Below are positions 11,065 through 22,189 of a DNA stretch of 64,000 nt, in pieces. Below the pieces are notes generated by a model, which worked only from the letters and a program-made list of their open reading frames with translations, was not told the DNA's origin and did no database searches. The stretch is from Haplodiscus bocki (Eukaryota). Within the stretch, counting starts at the first letter, position 1. Each line of letters starts with the position of its first letter. A program made the translations under genes and the position numbers. The DNA is taken from positions 86,552,001-86,616,000 of the forward strand of contig OZ296654.1 of NCBI GenBank assembly GCA_965655095.1, read 5' to 3'.

Positions 11065-11854
11065 TAACTTTCCTTGATTGATAATCTGACTTTTTTTGAT
11101 TGTCCCATGAATGATACTTTTTGATTTTTTTCATTTTTTGTTTCAAGTCTGTTTTTTGAAATAATGTCTTTAATTTCCATAATTTACCATTGTACCCCAC
11201 CTCTAAAATCTTCATTATATTCAAAACCAGGACCGACATCCGCTGTAAACTTGTCAAATATTCTTGATCTCTTACCCTTGATAATCAATCCCTGAGCGAT
11301 CTCAGTTTCGAAGCAAATACAGTCAAATGATATTATGTCAACGGGATTAGTGATAGATTACATATTTTTCATATATTGTTACTGCATCGAAACCTAAACG
11401 ATCTCTTATGCTATCATCCGGAAGAAAACATATTTGACTAACTTAAAAGTTTGGTCTAGTTTCTGTAATATTACATGCTGTAGAAAAAGTTGCTTTGTTA
11501 ACAAATTGGTAGTTTCTTTCTGTAAAATGGCCCTCTTTGATAATATTTCCTTTTTAATTCATCATTTGAGATCTCAAGTTCATATGCACCCTTGGGAATG
11601 GTAATAACATTAAAATCATCATCATTAATTGATATTGTGAAATAAAAGTTATTATTTTTGGCTGCAACATTAAATATTCCGTTTTGACCAGTCAGAAAAG
11701 TGACAGTTATTTTATATTGCCTATTATATGTTTGACGTGGTTGAGCTAGATGTTCTTCATGATTACATTTTTCCATAACAATCAACATATGCTCTCCAAT
11801 CTTAGGTCTTGCATTAAATGCGATTTGCTCAAAAATTTTAGTAGGTAGTTCCAT
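11065..11854 (-). pseudogene. Minor capsid (penton, single jelly-roll) protein
   Basis: GIFNVAAKNNNFYFTI...VITIPKGAYELEISNDELKR matches the N.F.F...I.IP.G.YE...IN..I motif; ends IRLSIKES*. Confidence 0.8.
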
Positions 11855-12761
11855 TCATTGGGTATTAAATTTATTAGGAGCATTTCGATTTTGTTCTTCG
11901 TTTTGTATTTCATTTCGTTTGTATAATTCATCTTTTAGATAACCAGTTTCTGTTAGAGTGTCAGTATGGCCAGATAGATTTAACTATAATAAAGTTTCTA
12001 ATCTAATATAAAATTCACTTATGTTGGATGGTATGATACTCTTTCAATTCCATCCCTTCCAAATCAGATTTGGTTTCGCCTCGAACAGATCTTTCTAAAA
12101 TTATATATACTTGACCATCAAGGTTTGTTTTAGTATATCTATCGGCTATATACTAAATCAGTAGATACCTGATTTAGTTTCTCTTGGTCTACGTATATAA
12201 TCATCTTAATTAAGACTTTTCATTTTATTTTGAAACTTTACTCTATCTAGGTCATTTAACTTTTTCAGTGGTTTGTCAGTTGCATCAGTAAGAACTTATT
12301 GACGATCAGTGATTATATCATACTCATCTTCATTAGTTTTAAGTTCTGAATCACTTAATATTTCAATAGGTATATTATTCCAAATTAATTCGCCAAAATG
12401 TCTTTCTTCTAAATTAAAAAATCTATTTTGTCTTTCATAATTGATAAAATTTTTTCTAATGATGTATCAAATTTTACACCTGGTTGAACATCACTTCGTT
12501 TCGAGTCTTTTCTATAGCTAATGTTTCAGTCTCATCATCATCAACATCTGATTTGTTCACTGTCTCACCTAAATTTTTAGTAGTCTTATTAACTTTATCT
12601 AATTTTTTAGTGATATGTGATAGTTTTTCTGCTTTTTTTTTATCATGAGTTTGTTTTAAGATTCCATTTTTGTATTTAATTGCTCGTTGAATTTTCTGTT
12701 GTTCTGCTAAGTTACTCAAATGTATTCAATCTTCCCTTCTAACATTATGATAAATCCTCAT
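11855..12761 (-). pseudogene. Conserved Maverick hypothetical protein (PZ-like C-terminus)
   Basis: Coiled-coil N-terminus MRIYHNVRRED*IHLSNLAEQQKIQRAIKYKN; C-terminus PSNISEFYIRLETLL*LNLSGHTDTLTE...DELYK resembles RL.LL....AGH......I.DEL. Confidence 0.55.
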
Positions 12762-13501
12762 TTACTTGATATGAAAAGGGGAGCTATCTGAAACGAATGA
12801 ATTTTTCAATCGTAATCGATATCGAGCTGTATTTTTATCTTTAGTCATATCAATAGTGAGTGGTTGATATTTTTTATCCCAACAAGTAGATGTTATTTAA
12901 TCGAATTTGTTAAGTGTCAAATCTATACTTGTTTTGTCTTGGTAACGATTTGCTACAACTCTGAAATCGATAGGTTTGAAGGTGTGGTAGATATTTCCAT
13001 TTGCTCGGATAGTTTTTTTGGATGTTCGTAGTATTGTTGGCTGATTATGAAAATAAACAAATTATTATGTCTACAATTTTTAAGCATTGCTTGTATCCGA
13101 AAATCGTTCCTCTCTTTTTCGTTTAAATCATTCAAGTTATTAATACCTCCAACTTCGTATTCTTGTGGAAATTTTTTATCTTCTATTGATTCATATGTCT
13201 CTATTTCAGTATCTGATTTTTGGAAGTGTTTGTCATTAAATATCTCATCAATTATTAAATCAATATCATCTTAATTGAGAATATTTGAGACTATGTGAAA
13301 TGGTATATAGTTGCTAAAACGTTTAAATACTTTTTGATATAATTATTTAAGTAGAGATGGTGAGTATATGTATGTTTCATCATATTAAATAATATTATAT
13401 AAAAGTAAATTTGATAAAAAAATACTTTTTCCCGATGAGCTCGATCCACAAATAACGCATCTGAGTGGATGAGTTGGGTATAAAAATTTATCCGTTATCA
13501 T
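12758..13501 (-). pseudogene. A32/FtsK-HerA-type genome packaging ATPase
   Basis: PLRCVICGSSSSGKS (Walker A, ~13425-13470); NDLNEK (Walker B remnant); CRHNNLFIFIISQQYYEHPKK (A32 Arg-finger/sensor motif). Confidence 0.92.
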
Positions 13502-13680
13502 TTATTAGTTATTATAGGTTCAATCATTGTGTATATTATTAATCCTATGAGATGGAATAATAATGTGTTTGCTGGGATTGATGGAAGTAAGTATTTGATA
13601 ATAAAATTAACATCTTTGTTTTCATTGTTTGTACAATTAGTGAAATAATTGTAATCATCAGTAATATTTAACGCATACAT
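13498..13680 (-). CDS. Small membrane protein, 60 aa, open frame
   Basis: Hydrophobic stretch IIKYLLPSIPANTLLFHLIGLIIYTMI; coupled to both neighbours (TAA-ATG upstream, ATGA downstream). Confidence 0.55.
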   Translation of the reverse strand: MYALNITDDYNYFTNCTNNENKDVNFIIKYLLPSIPANTLLFHLIGLIIYTMIEPIITNK

Positions 13681-14480
13681 TTATTGAACATCAAATGGTA
13701 AATTGTCATAATTTCTAATTAGAGGATGATTAAGAGTTCAGTCTAAACGATTGATTAGAATGGGATTTTTAGCAGTAATCAATTTTAATTTGAGTTCAAA
13801 TATCTCCATTAGTTGTTTAATATAATAATTATAGTTCATATATCTTCTATCACTAACAGTTTTTATATTCATTTCAATTATACGTGAAAACTTGTAACGT
13901 TTTAGAATATAATAAACAGTCCAATATATTGAATACCTTTTCAAGTTAACAATTCTAATATTAGGATAAGATTTTGTTTTATTTTATGGAGTGAAATCCT
14001 TAAATATCATTTTAAAATCACATTTAACAAGAAATGAATCAATTTTTTTTGTAATTAGTGATAAATTCGTTAAAAATTCTATCTATATCAAATAAATCTG
14101 GATTTTAATAGTATAATATCTATGAATTCATTTCCCAAATTGAAAATGTGTAAGAGATTTCAGATGGTCGTTTTTTGATTTCAATTTAATTGTTTTCAAG
14201 ACATACACCACAGTAGTAAACAATATTTATATGTATAAGATTATTTGAAATAAAAATATTTTTCTAAAATTGTAGTCGTATTGTTGAATTGTTATCTTTC
14301 ACGAACTTTAGTAAAATAAGTAGATGATTTCAGATGTTTTTCATAAAATCCTTCTCTACATAAATTATCACAAATATTGCAGAATGTTCTATATTCTCCA
14401 TGATCATCACAATACATAACTTTTTGATTAATATTATCACTATTGCTTTATTCGGTTGAAAATGTTTGAAATGATTTATA
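13681..14480 (-). pseudogene. Zinc-finger (C2H2-like) ORF remnants
   Basis: YYCGVC...KSKNDHLKSLTH (~14150-14220) and YRTFCNICDNLCREGFYEKHLKS (~14325-14395). Confidence 0.65.
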
Positions 14481-14504
14481 TAAACTCTCAAGTTTCTCCA
14501 TACT

Positions 14505-15432
14505 AAGAACAATGTGACAATTTATTAGTCGATCACTTAACTATGAAATGTATCTTCAACTCGTAAGGAAAATCTACACTATCTGAATTAGATGATAAAC
14601 GATGTTATGAAAGTAAAATTAGAAGCAAACCTTGGAAATACCAAAAATTTGGAAAGAAAAGATATGTTTAATCTAAAAATACATTTTAGGAGGAGAAAGA
14701 CAACAAAAATAACTTTTTACAAAACCCCACTGGCAAACTTTCTAGCAAACACGAGTAAGCATTCCTGTTAGAGTTTCATATAGCTTTTATGCATGATGAT
14801 TACAGAGGCAGGGGGACGTTGGCTAAAAGTGAACCCCAAACACTATGACTACCAGTCAAGCATAGCCTTAACTTTAGCCGATGTCACAAAAACCACTAGG
14901 CTATAGCAGACAAAATAGAAAGAGAGAAATTAGAATAAATACACATATTCTGTTATGTCGACATAATTTTTTCAATCTCGTGTATGTGTATGTTGTACTA
15001 TGTCGACATAATTGCTAGTAGTATTTTTCAGTCTCATGTATTATGTTGACATAATCGGTAGTAAAATTTTTCAGTCCCGTGTATGCGTGTATTGTATTAT
15101 GTCGACATTATTGGTTTTACAATGTAAATGTGTATGGTATGTGTAAAATTTTTGTTACTTCTTTGATTATGTAAATAGAAAAGTTTTCATGTGTTTTTAG
15201 AACAAAAAATCAGTTGAAAATTTTTCGCTCATTCCTGTGTACACCTATTGATAAAACTTTTTGAAATATTTTTTTAGAAAATTTAATTTTTATTCCTGTG
15301 TACCCCCATTGATAACTTTTATTTTAAATTTTGAGTCTGCGTCCGCTTAGCCGTACAACTTAGCCGTACAACTTGGCCGTGAAACTGGGGGACGCGCCGG
15401 GGCTGGTGTCTTTTTCTATTTTATACACTACT
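14505..15432. repeat. Right terminal inverted repeat of the Maverick
   Basis: Mirror of 2741-3718. Includes an inverted copy of the last ~45 codons of pPolB (STLSELDDKRCYESKIRSKPWK on + at ~14572-14637). Confidence 0.95.
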
Positions 15433-15639
15433 AATGTGCTAAAAATGTTCACATCACAGTTACATTGAAAACATTAAGGCCCTTAGATGGAAAGGTTGAA
15501 ACTTTGACAGGAACATGTTCTCAGGTTTTGCCCTAAAATTGGCATGCAGGTTGTTGGAATTTGTTAATTTGTGTTTTGCAACATCCTTTTTAGCAGCGTT
15601 TCCGTAGAAACCCATGTCTTGGGGTGAATTCGAAAATCC

Positions 15640-16000
15640 GAATCTTGTAGGGATTTTTTTCTCTTTTTTTTAAAACACAACGTAGTGTCCCCTTTTTGTT
15701 CCACGTTGCAGTACGGTTTCTAGTACAGTAAAAATGTTAACATACAAGCTTTTACAAACATCACAGGGTCTTGTACGATGTTTTTTTGGCACAATGAAAC
15801 AAAATTTTTGTCGAACGAATATGATACTTCCTTTGATGCAGAAAAAATTTTAATATCACGAACTTTCACAAAGAACAACTGGCATCCAGATGCAGAAAAT
15901 TTTTGGTACCGTGAGACAAAATATTTTCGTCAAAAACTCTTGACCAGCCACCTTCTGAATCTGAGGAGTTCTTGGATTTTTGAAAACGGCATGGCTTAAA
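15640..16000. repeat. Fragment of a dispersed repeat family (GAGACAAAA.ATTTTCG-type units), related to 28580-29000
   Basis: Shared motifs such as TTTTGGTAC.GTGAGACAA and AAAATTTTT in opposite orientations at the two loci. Confidence 0.45.
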
Positions 16001-17149
16001 AATTCCGTTTTTGAACTGGATCAAAGTATGCCTTGATATTTGATCATTAAATCTTTAAATTTTGTCATGATCAATTTCTGTCGACTGCTCTGTGCCTTGA
16101 ATACTGAAATTATTGATGGAGCAGCACGTTTCAGTCGACTTTCCGTTGCAGTTGTCGCGAAAAGTTCGTACAAACCTTGAAAAATCCAAGTGTTTGGTCC
16201 ATATTTACTTTAGCACGGTCAATAACTGTACCTTAAGAAGACATCTCCGGTCCCAGAGATACACCGCTGGATGCTAATGAGAGATCTACCGCTGTAACGC
16301 TTTGTGTCACTCTAAGAATGCTTAGTTTCAGCTGGCGGAGGGAGGCTGCAACAGTGCTTTATTCAAGGAGACATTATGTTTGAGACAACTTGATCTTAAT
16401 TTTGGCAACTGTGGCGTTGCAGTGACTGGCATTGCATTTTTCGGAACAGACAAAAATATGGGAATTTCTTTCCAACACCAATCACTTGAGAAGGTAAATT
16501 AGTTCAACCAAAACTATTTGCGTTTACCTTTTTGGTTAACATTTGGATTTAAGGTTATAAACTTGGTTCTGTCGGAATTAACAGGAAACAAAACGTTCAT
16601 AAAAACTGCAAAACTCTAGGCGGTAAACCACAATGGTGATAAATATTCACCTTGCAAAAGGATTTAAGTACAAGAATTATAACGTTGCACATCTCACAGT
16701 TTGTTTTAAGAAAGTCCAGTCGCTTGTGCACAAGATTAATTGGCGGTAAATACGTTTCTTCACAAAAAGTTGTTATTGCACTTTCACCGTCAGTTTTGAA
16801 TATTATTTATACTGGGTGTAATGGAAACCTATCGGAGGCTCCATGTACATAATGTTGGTCAACAAAAGATCCGGTGCTGGACTACAAAAAATCACATTCT
16901 ACCCGAATCGCTCGCAATTTTGATGTCCCGTTTTCCATAATCGGTTCAGAAGAAAAGGGGAAGCAATTTTTGTAGGTTTGCAACATGTTGCAACACTTAG
17001 GTTTAGGTTAGGTTTAGTAAAATGACAGTCTGCGGGACCCTGATGGTCTTCAAGATCGTCTTCTTCTGAGGCTAAAAAAAATTTGAGAGTTTGAGTTTTT
17101 ACTGGTCTTTTCATAGAAAGATCTTCCTGTCCTCTGTTTTGTCAGATCT

Positions 17150-17420
17150 TAAAAGGAAGGGAGGCAGTTACGCTGTTTTCCGCCTTCGTAATGATGGGTT
17201 GCTCTCTTGAATGCCCTGCATGTAAAAAAAAGTATCAATTGTGCCGCTTCGAATTTTTTGTCTGGAGTTGCCAAATCCAAAAATCTAAAATACGCTGAGC
17301 CTCAAGATTCGAATTGCATCACTCCCATGGCTATCGGTAGACGTCCTTGTCTAGGGAGAGGATTGATGAAGTTGGTCATTAGCTCCCGAAATAGTGCAGC
17401 TGGGATAGCATGGAAACAGT
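17150..17420 (+). pseudogene. Possible decayed cytochrome P450 terminal exon
   Basis: PMAIGRRPCLGRGLMKL resembles the heme motif FxxGxRxCxG (F replaced by M), preceded by NALH...NFLS. Acceptor-like TTTTGTCAG at ~17146. Confidence 0.3.
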
Positions 17421-19149
17421 ACTACCGGTTGTTGTCTTTATCAAAATGGGGCAGCTGTTATTTAAGAAAACACTCCCAATTTTTTTTTCAAAATTGGGCA
17501 ACAGTAGAAAAAATAATATAGAACGCATATAAAAGGGTAATTTCTCCTAAAACATATTTTCAACAGATTTAGAGGGTGGAAAATATGCCGGCGGTAACAG
17601 GGTGTCTTGTTTTAAGTAGAGCAATGCAAGCCCAATACTGAGGAAAAAAGTTGCCAAATCTGTACCAGTTTGAGGTGCAAAATCTGCAAAGGGTGAAATG
17701 AATCCCATGTTTGTGCTTTTATACATACTTCTGTTCTGCTGCTTGTGGCGTTACTCAAGTGGACTGCAGGCAGCTCCAAGGCAAAGGTGCAGTTGTGACT
17801 AATGGGCAATTGGCATTTGTGACATTTTGCAGCCAAACAGGTGGTGAGCGGGTGGCGAGAGAATTCTTCGATGTTTACAATGAAAAAAAAAGGCTCAAGT
17901 CGGCCCTGTCCGTATGGCTCGGTATATATTGAATTGGTATCGCAAAAAAAACAGCTTCTGGTTTTTTGTCAGTGGCATACATGTTACCACGAAAAATTTT
18001 GGACCGATTTGCTTTTTTTCGAAAATTTTCTCGTAAATACAAGGGAGTATCATGAAATTTTTGAAATGTGAAAAAAATTGATTTTTGGCAAAAGTACGGT
18101 ATCACAAAAAAATTGTAAATAATAAAATTCATTTGATACATCCAAATAGGTCTTCTTTTCAGCGTATGGGCAGGTGCTTAGGTGGATTTTGAAATTTTTT
18201 GAACATTTTCCTCAAACTAAAAAATGGACCCTTAAGCAGTAAGTCTTAGGAAAAAAGAAACAGAAGTACTGCTATAATGGGCATTTTTTATTCCAACAAG
18301 CCGCCTGTAAGCCTCAAAATATCCATGGGGGACTCAATTTTTTTAGAAAAATTTTCGCAGAAACGATACAACAATTCTCTATGTGGTGCTGCTTTCAATA
18401 TTTTGGTTCATGAGTGAGACGAAAAAATTTGGGACCTAAACTCCGAAACTATTTCCCAATCACTTCAATTTTGTATGCATATAAATTTTTTTTTACGTTT
18501 TTGCCTTGACGAAATTTATTTGGCTGAAATGCTACTTTTTATCGGCGAGGCTTCTCGTTCTGCTCTATAGCTTTAGTGGACGCCATCAGTGAAGCCTTAA
18601 AGTTTTGGTTCAAAGAAAAAACGTCGTATACAGTGAGTTTGTCTGTCAAAAAATTTAATTCTCGCAATTTTTTTAGCTGCTAAATAGAGATATTCTACAT
18701 GAATTTGAAGTTTGAGAAATGCCTCTCGTGATAACGGTCTTCCACATGTTCTGACTTAGTAGCGGTCGTAGTGCTGGTGACTCATAGTTGCTACACGAAT
18801 CTAATCGAAGGGGAGCGATTATCTTGTTATCGATTTGTTTGTGTTACTTCATTAAATGCGCCGTTAAACGTACTTCCATCGACATTCAAGGCGCATTACC
18901 GTTGTCATCAACTACCTTTGCAGGCAACACTTCTTGCTGAAATCACAGTTTGCTTAAGCTGACACAGGATATTTCCAGTATGGCTCCGAATTGAGTGAAA
19001 GTGTTGTCTAAAGGCAATTTTATTCCTTCGTCCCCACTTTTAGTTGGAGTATCCAAAGCAATGGAATATTTTGATAAATATTCAATTCAGTTTGTGCCTG
19101 AATTAAAAAATGAAGAAGAATAACTTCTTCGTCCAATGTAGTTTATGTT

Positions 19150-19480
19150 GCATCAGATGTTTAAGGCAGGGTATCATCTAAGCCCACGTTTGCATCCTGA
19201 TTGCTACTCTCCAGCGTATCTGGTGGCCTTCTCTGCTCTGGCCTTTTGTCTTTTTCACGCAGAAATTTTGAAGTTGGAGGGTGGCAAAGAGGTCAGTTCA
19301 GTCTACTAATGTTTCGAGACATCAAATTCGGTCCTGAAGATTAAATCACGCAATGATATTATTGTTTGCATTGATGAGAAGATATGTTGTGAGAATTTGA
19401 AGACAATTATGGAAAATATTGAAAAGCTAGGGTTCGTTTGGAAACTGAAAGTCTCTAAATCTTCAAAACTTAGATAGTTC
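19150..19480 (+). pseudogene. Reverse transcriptase fragment (LTR/DIRS type)
   Basis: NDIIVCIDEKICCENLKTIMENIEKLGFVWKLKVSK resembles DDI......H...L..V...L...G.....K; an SPAY motif lies upstream. Confidence 0.4.
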
Positions 19481-21349
19481 AGTGAAAAATTTTATCAATC
19501 TGAGCACTGAACATCTCCTAATGAATGCCTAACATATGATAATATCAATAGGTTGGTTATTAGCATCCTTTCACGATGCTCAGCACGATTCTCAACAGTG
19601 GATATTACTTCGGAACATAAATTGAACTTCAAAGAAATACATCTGTGGGTCAAGTGTCGCTGGAGGGTAGATTTTTGGCTTCTGCGTCCACATGCCAAAT
19701 CCTGTTTTTTTCTTAATCTTTTCAATCTGTCTGTTCCTCAATGTTCAATAAGTGTTCAATTCCGATTGCCAACACTGACTTTAGGGTTCATAGTGCGCTT
19801 GTTTTAACAATTGAGTAGAAATATACTTTGATGCTTCCTTCAAAATGGAAATCTAGCGCTTTTTGTGATTTTATATTGAAATTTCGGGAAAAATATGGAG
19901 TTAGATTTAGCCTATTTTTCTGGTTTTTCTTTGTTTGTTTGAGTCTCTTTCAAAGAGCGCAATTTAGATTTGAATTGAGTTGAGATCATTTCATTGTTGC
20001 TTCAACGTAATTGAACGTGTCTAACTCAAACCTTTTTATTTAGGGTTACAGCTTTAATTGTAAAAACAAAAATTTCCATGCATTTATAGAGAAGATTTGA
20101 AGTTTTACAAAAGCTAATTTTTTGTGCCTTTTATTCGTATAAGTATCAGTTGGGATTTCGCTCATTTTTTAAAATCCTAATACACTCCTTTTAAGTGTTT
20201 TCGTTCAAATCACTTTGTTGTGAATTTCTAATATTTTTAAAGAAGCTGTTTTTGTTTTTTGACTCGTACATTTTCCCAACGTTCCCTATAATTTTTTCAA
20301 TTTTGGAAACATGGGAATTTTTTAGTCAGCTTCTTCTTAATGGCAACCTTCTGCCCCAATTTGCCTCAAAAAATGAAAAAAAAATATTTCTTTGCATTGT
20401 TTTTTACTAGTCATTCAATAGTGTTTGTGGTTGATTGTCATGTATACATTACATGTTTTAGTTGATTTAGGGTTGATATCTTACTCAGTGGAATGAGGTG
20501 GAACTCAAAACTGAAAGTTCCTCCAGCATATATTTAGGCCACAGCATGCAAGCGAAACTTCAATCGGTGAACGATCTGAAAAAAGGAAGGCTGAAGTCTC
20601 ACATAAGACTTCAAAGTCTTTCAAAAAGTCGATTTTGAAGAAGAAAACAAAGTGGGAGTTCTTCTAACAGAGCAAAGTCAAAACTCTTTTATTATCTTTT
20701 GGACGAACAAAGCAGATATGAAGTGCAAGAAAAGAGTGTTTAATTACAGTCCTTGCTATTGGTCTGCCAACCCGATGTCCAATTGGATTAAGCATTGAAT
20801 CCTTGTCAAAATGAAAACTTTGGTTTGTTTTTCAATAATTAAGAAGTGACTCTGAATGAAAAGAGATCCTCCCCTTCAGAGGAAATTTTGACACGACGCT
20901 CAAAAGAAAAAAGTAACTTCGTGCCAGGAAGAGTCTAACAAAGGAGCTGTCGGTGTTATTGCGAACCTACTAGACCACGATGGAAATCCGTGATTGCCTT
21001 GTGAGAACACTAATTTGTATCTACTTCACCAACATATATATGCTTTGTCAACGTAAGTAACCCACTATGTGGGATCTTTTCAATAAACGCACAAGAAACA
21101 AAGAGCGATCGTACGAAGTAATTGTCGCACGAAATACTTCATGGCAGTCATCAGTGATAGTTGGTAGAAAAGAAGCTTTAGAGGTAATGGACAATCAGGC
21201 ACAAACATTTAGAAAGATACCAGAATTGATAAAATTAAGGGCGATGAATGTCTCTGCTGGCTCCCACAGTTGAAATTTCAATGGTGGAGATATAGTTGGT
21301 TGCGTCATTTGTATCTGTCAGAGGAGAATAAACTCCTGAGAGCCCATTA

Positions 21350-22180
21350 ACTATTGCCTAGCAAGGACCAACCGGAGTCTGCGTAAGCAGTACGGAGAAC
21401 CATTAGATGGTTTCAAGTAAATCACCGTTAGCCAACAGTCATACGTTTGATTTTTTTAAACGTTGATTAGATCAAATTGTTCTAACAGTAGTCACAAAAG
21501 ACAACAGCAAAGAAGCATTCGTCTCATGCAGCGGCAAATGAAACTTGAGCTAGAGTGTAAATGAATCATAACTCGGATTCTGACAATTTTGGAAGTGACA
21601 AGATCCGATTCTCGAAAATTGAATATGGTCTGAAACAAAATTCATGAAAAATACTGGAACAGCAACCTTTACGCTGTTGTCAGTGACAAAACAATAATTA
21701 ATTAGAGCGCATTGAAAGACGGTGTCGAAGGCGTTTCATAGCAGGAAATTTGAAGTTACATTTGGACCGGAAAAGTGGAATGCTATCTACAATTGAGCCA
21801 TTGTGAGTAACTGTCACAAAAGTTGTGCAGTTGGAAAAAAACGTGACTTGAGGCTTACGAAGTGGAGATTTGAATGTCCATCATGCGCACACCAGAACAC
21901 TGTACGCTTAGGGGATGTCAAAGTAAAACTTGGAGAAGCACATTTCCTTTCTTCTGACCGGTTACCTAAAAGACTGGTGGTGTGAACAGCACTCAGGCAG
22001 TCAGATTGAAACTCGCGTGTTTGTGGGCCGCTCGCGGCCTCACAATATGTACACACAATGCTATTCGTTGTGTAGCATGAGTAAAGTTGAAGAGTTGGCA
22101 GCTCTTGGAGAACAGTAGTGAGATTTGGACTCCTACCGAACACACGTTTCAATATTTATCTGGACATCTGCCACCAAAAC
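21350..22180 (+). pseudogene. Highly decayed gypsy RT/RNase H fragment
   Basis: FSKIEYGLKQNS*KILE (F.RLP.G.K....FQ-like); later YS...ELAAL and RFNIYLD. Confidence 0.35.
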
Positions 22181-22189
22181 CACGATTGA

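Larger units (their letters stand above)
2741..15432 (-). mobile_element. Maverick/Polinton (polintovirus-type) endogenous element, ~12.7 kb, decayed
   Basis: Termini (G/A)GTAGTGTATAAAA...TTTTATACACTACT (canonical AG...CT, with the left A changed to G). Long TIRs. 6-bp flanks AATGAG (2735-2740) and AATGTG (15433-15438). Internal pPolB, integrase, protease, MCP, minor capsid and A32 ATPase motifs. Confidence 0.95.

Noticed and set aside
2741-15432. Prophage or giant-virus (NCLDV) insertion
   Set aside because: Size, TIRs, 6-bp TSD, rve integrase and protein-primed PolB fit a Polinton; no NCLDV core transcription genes or phage terminase/portal genes were seen.
17612-17836. LIM-domain-like CHKCQLPI...FHP peptide
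   Set aside because: Cys/His spacing does not fit without assuming several indels; too weak to call.
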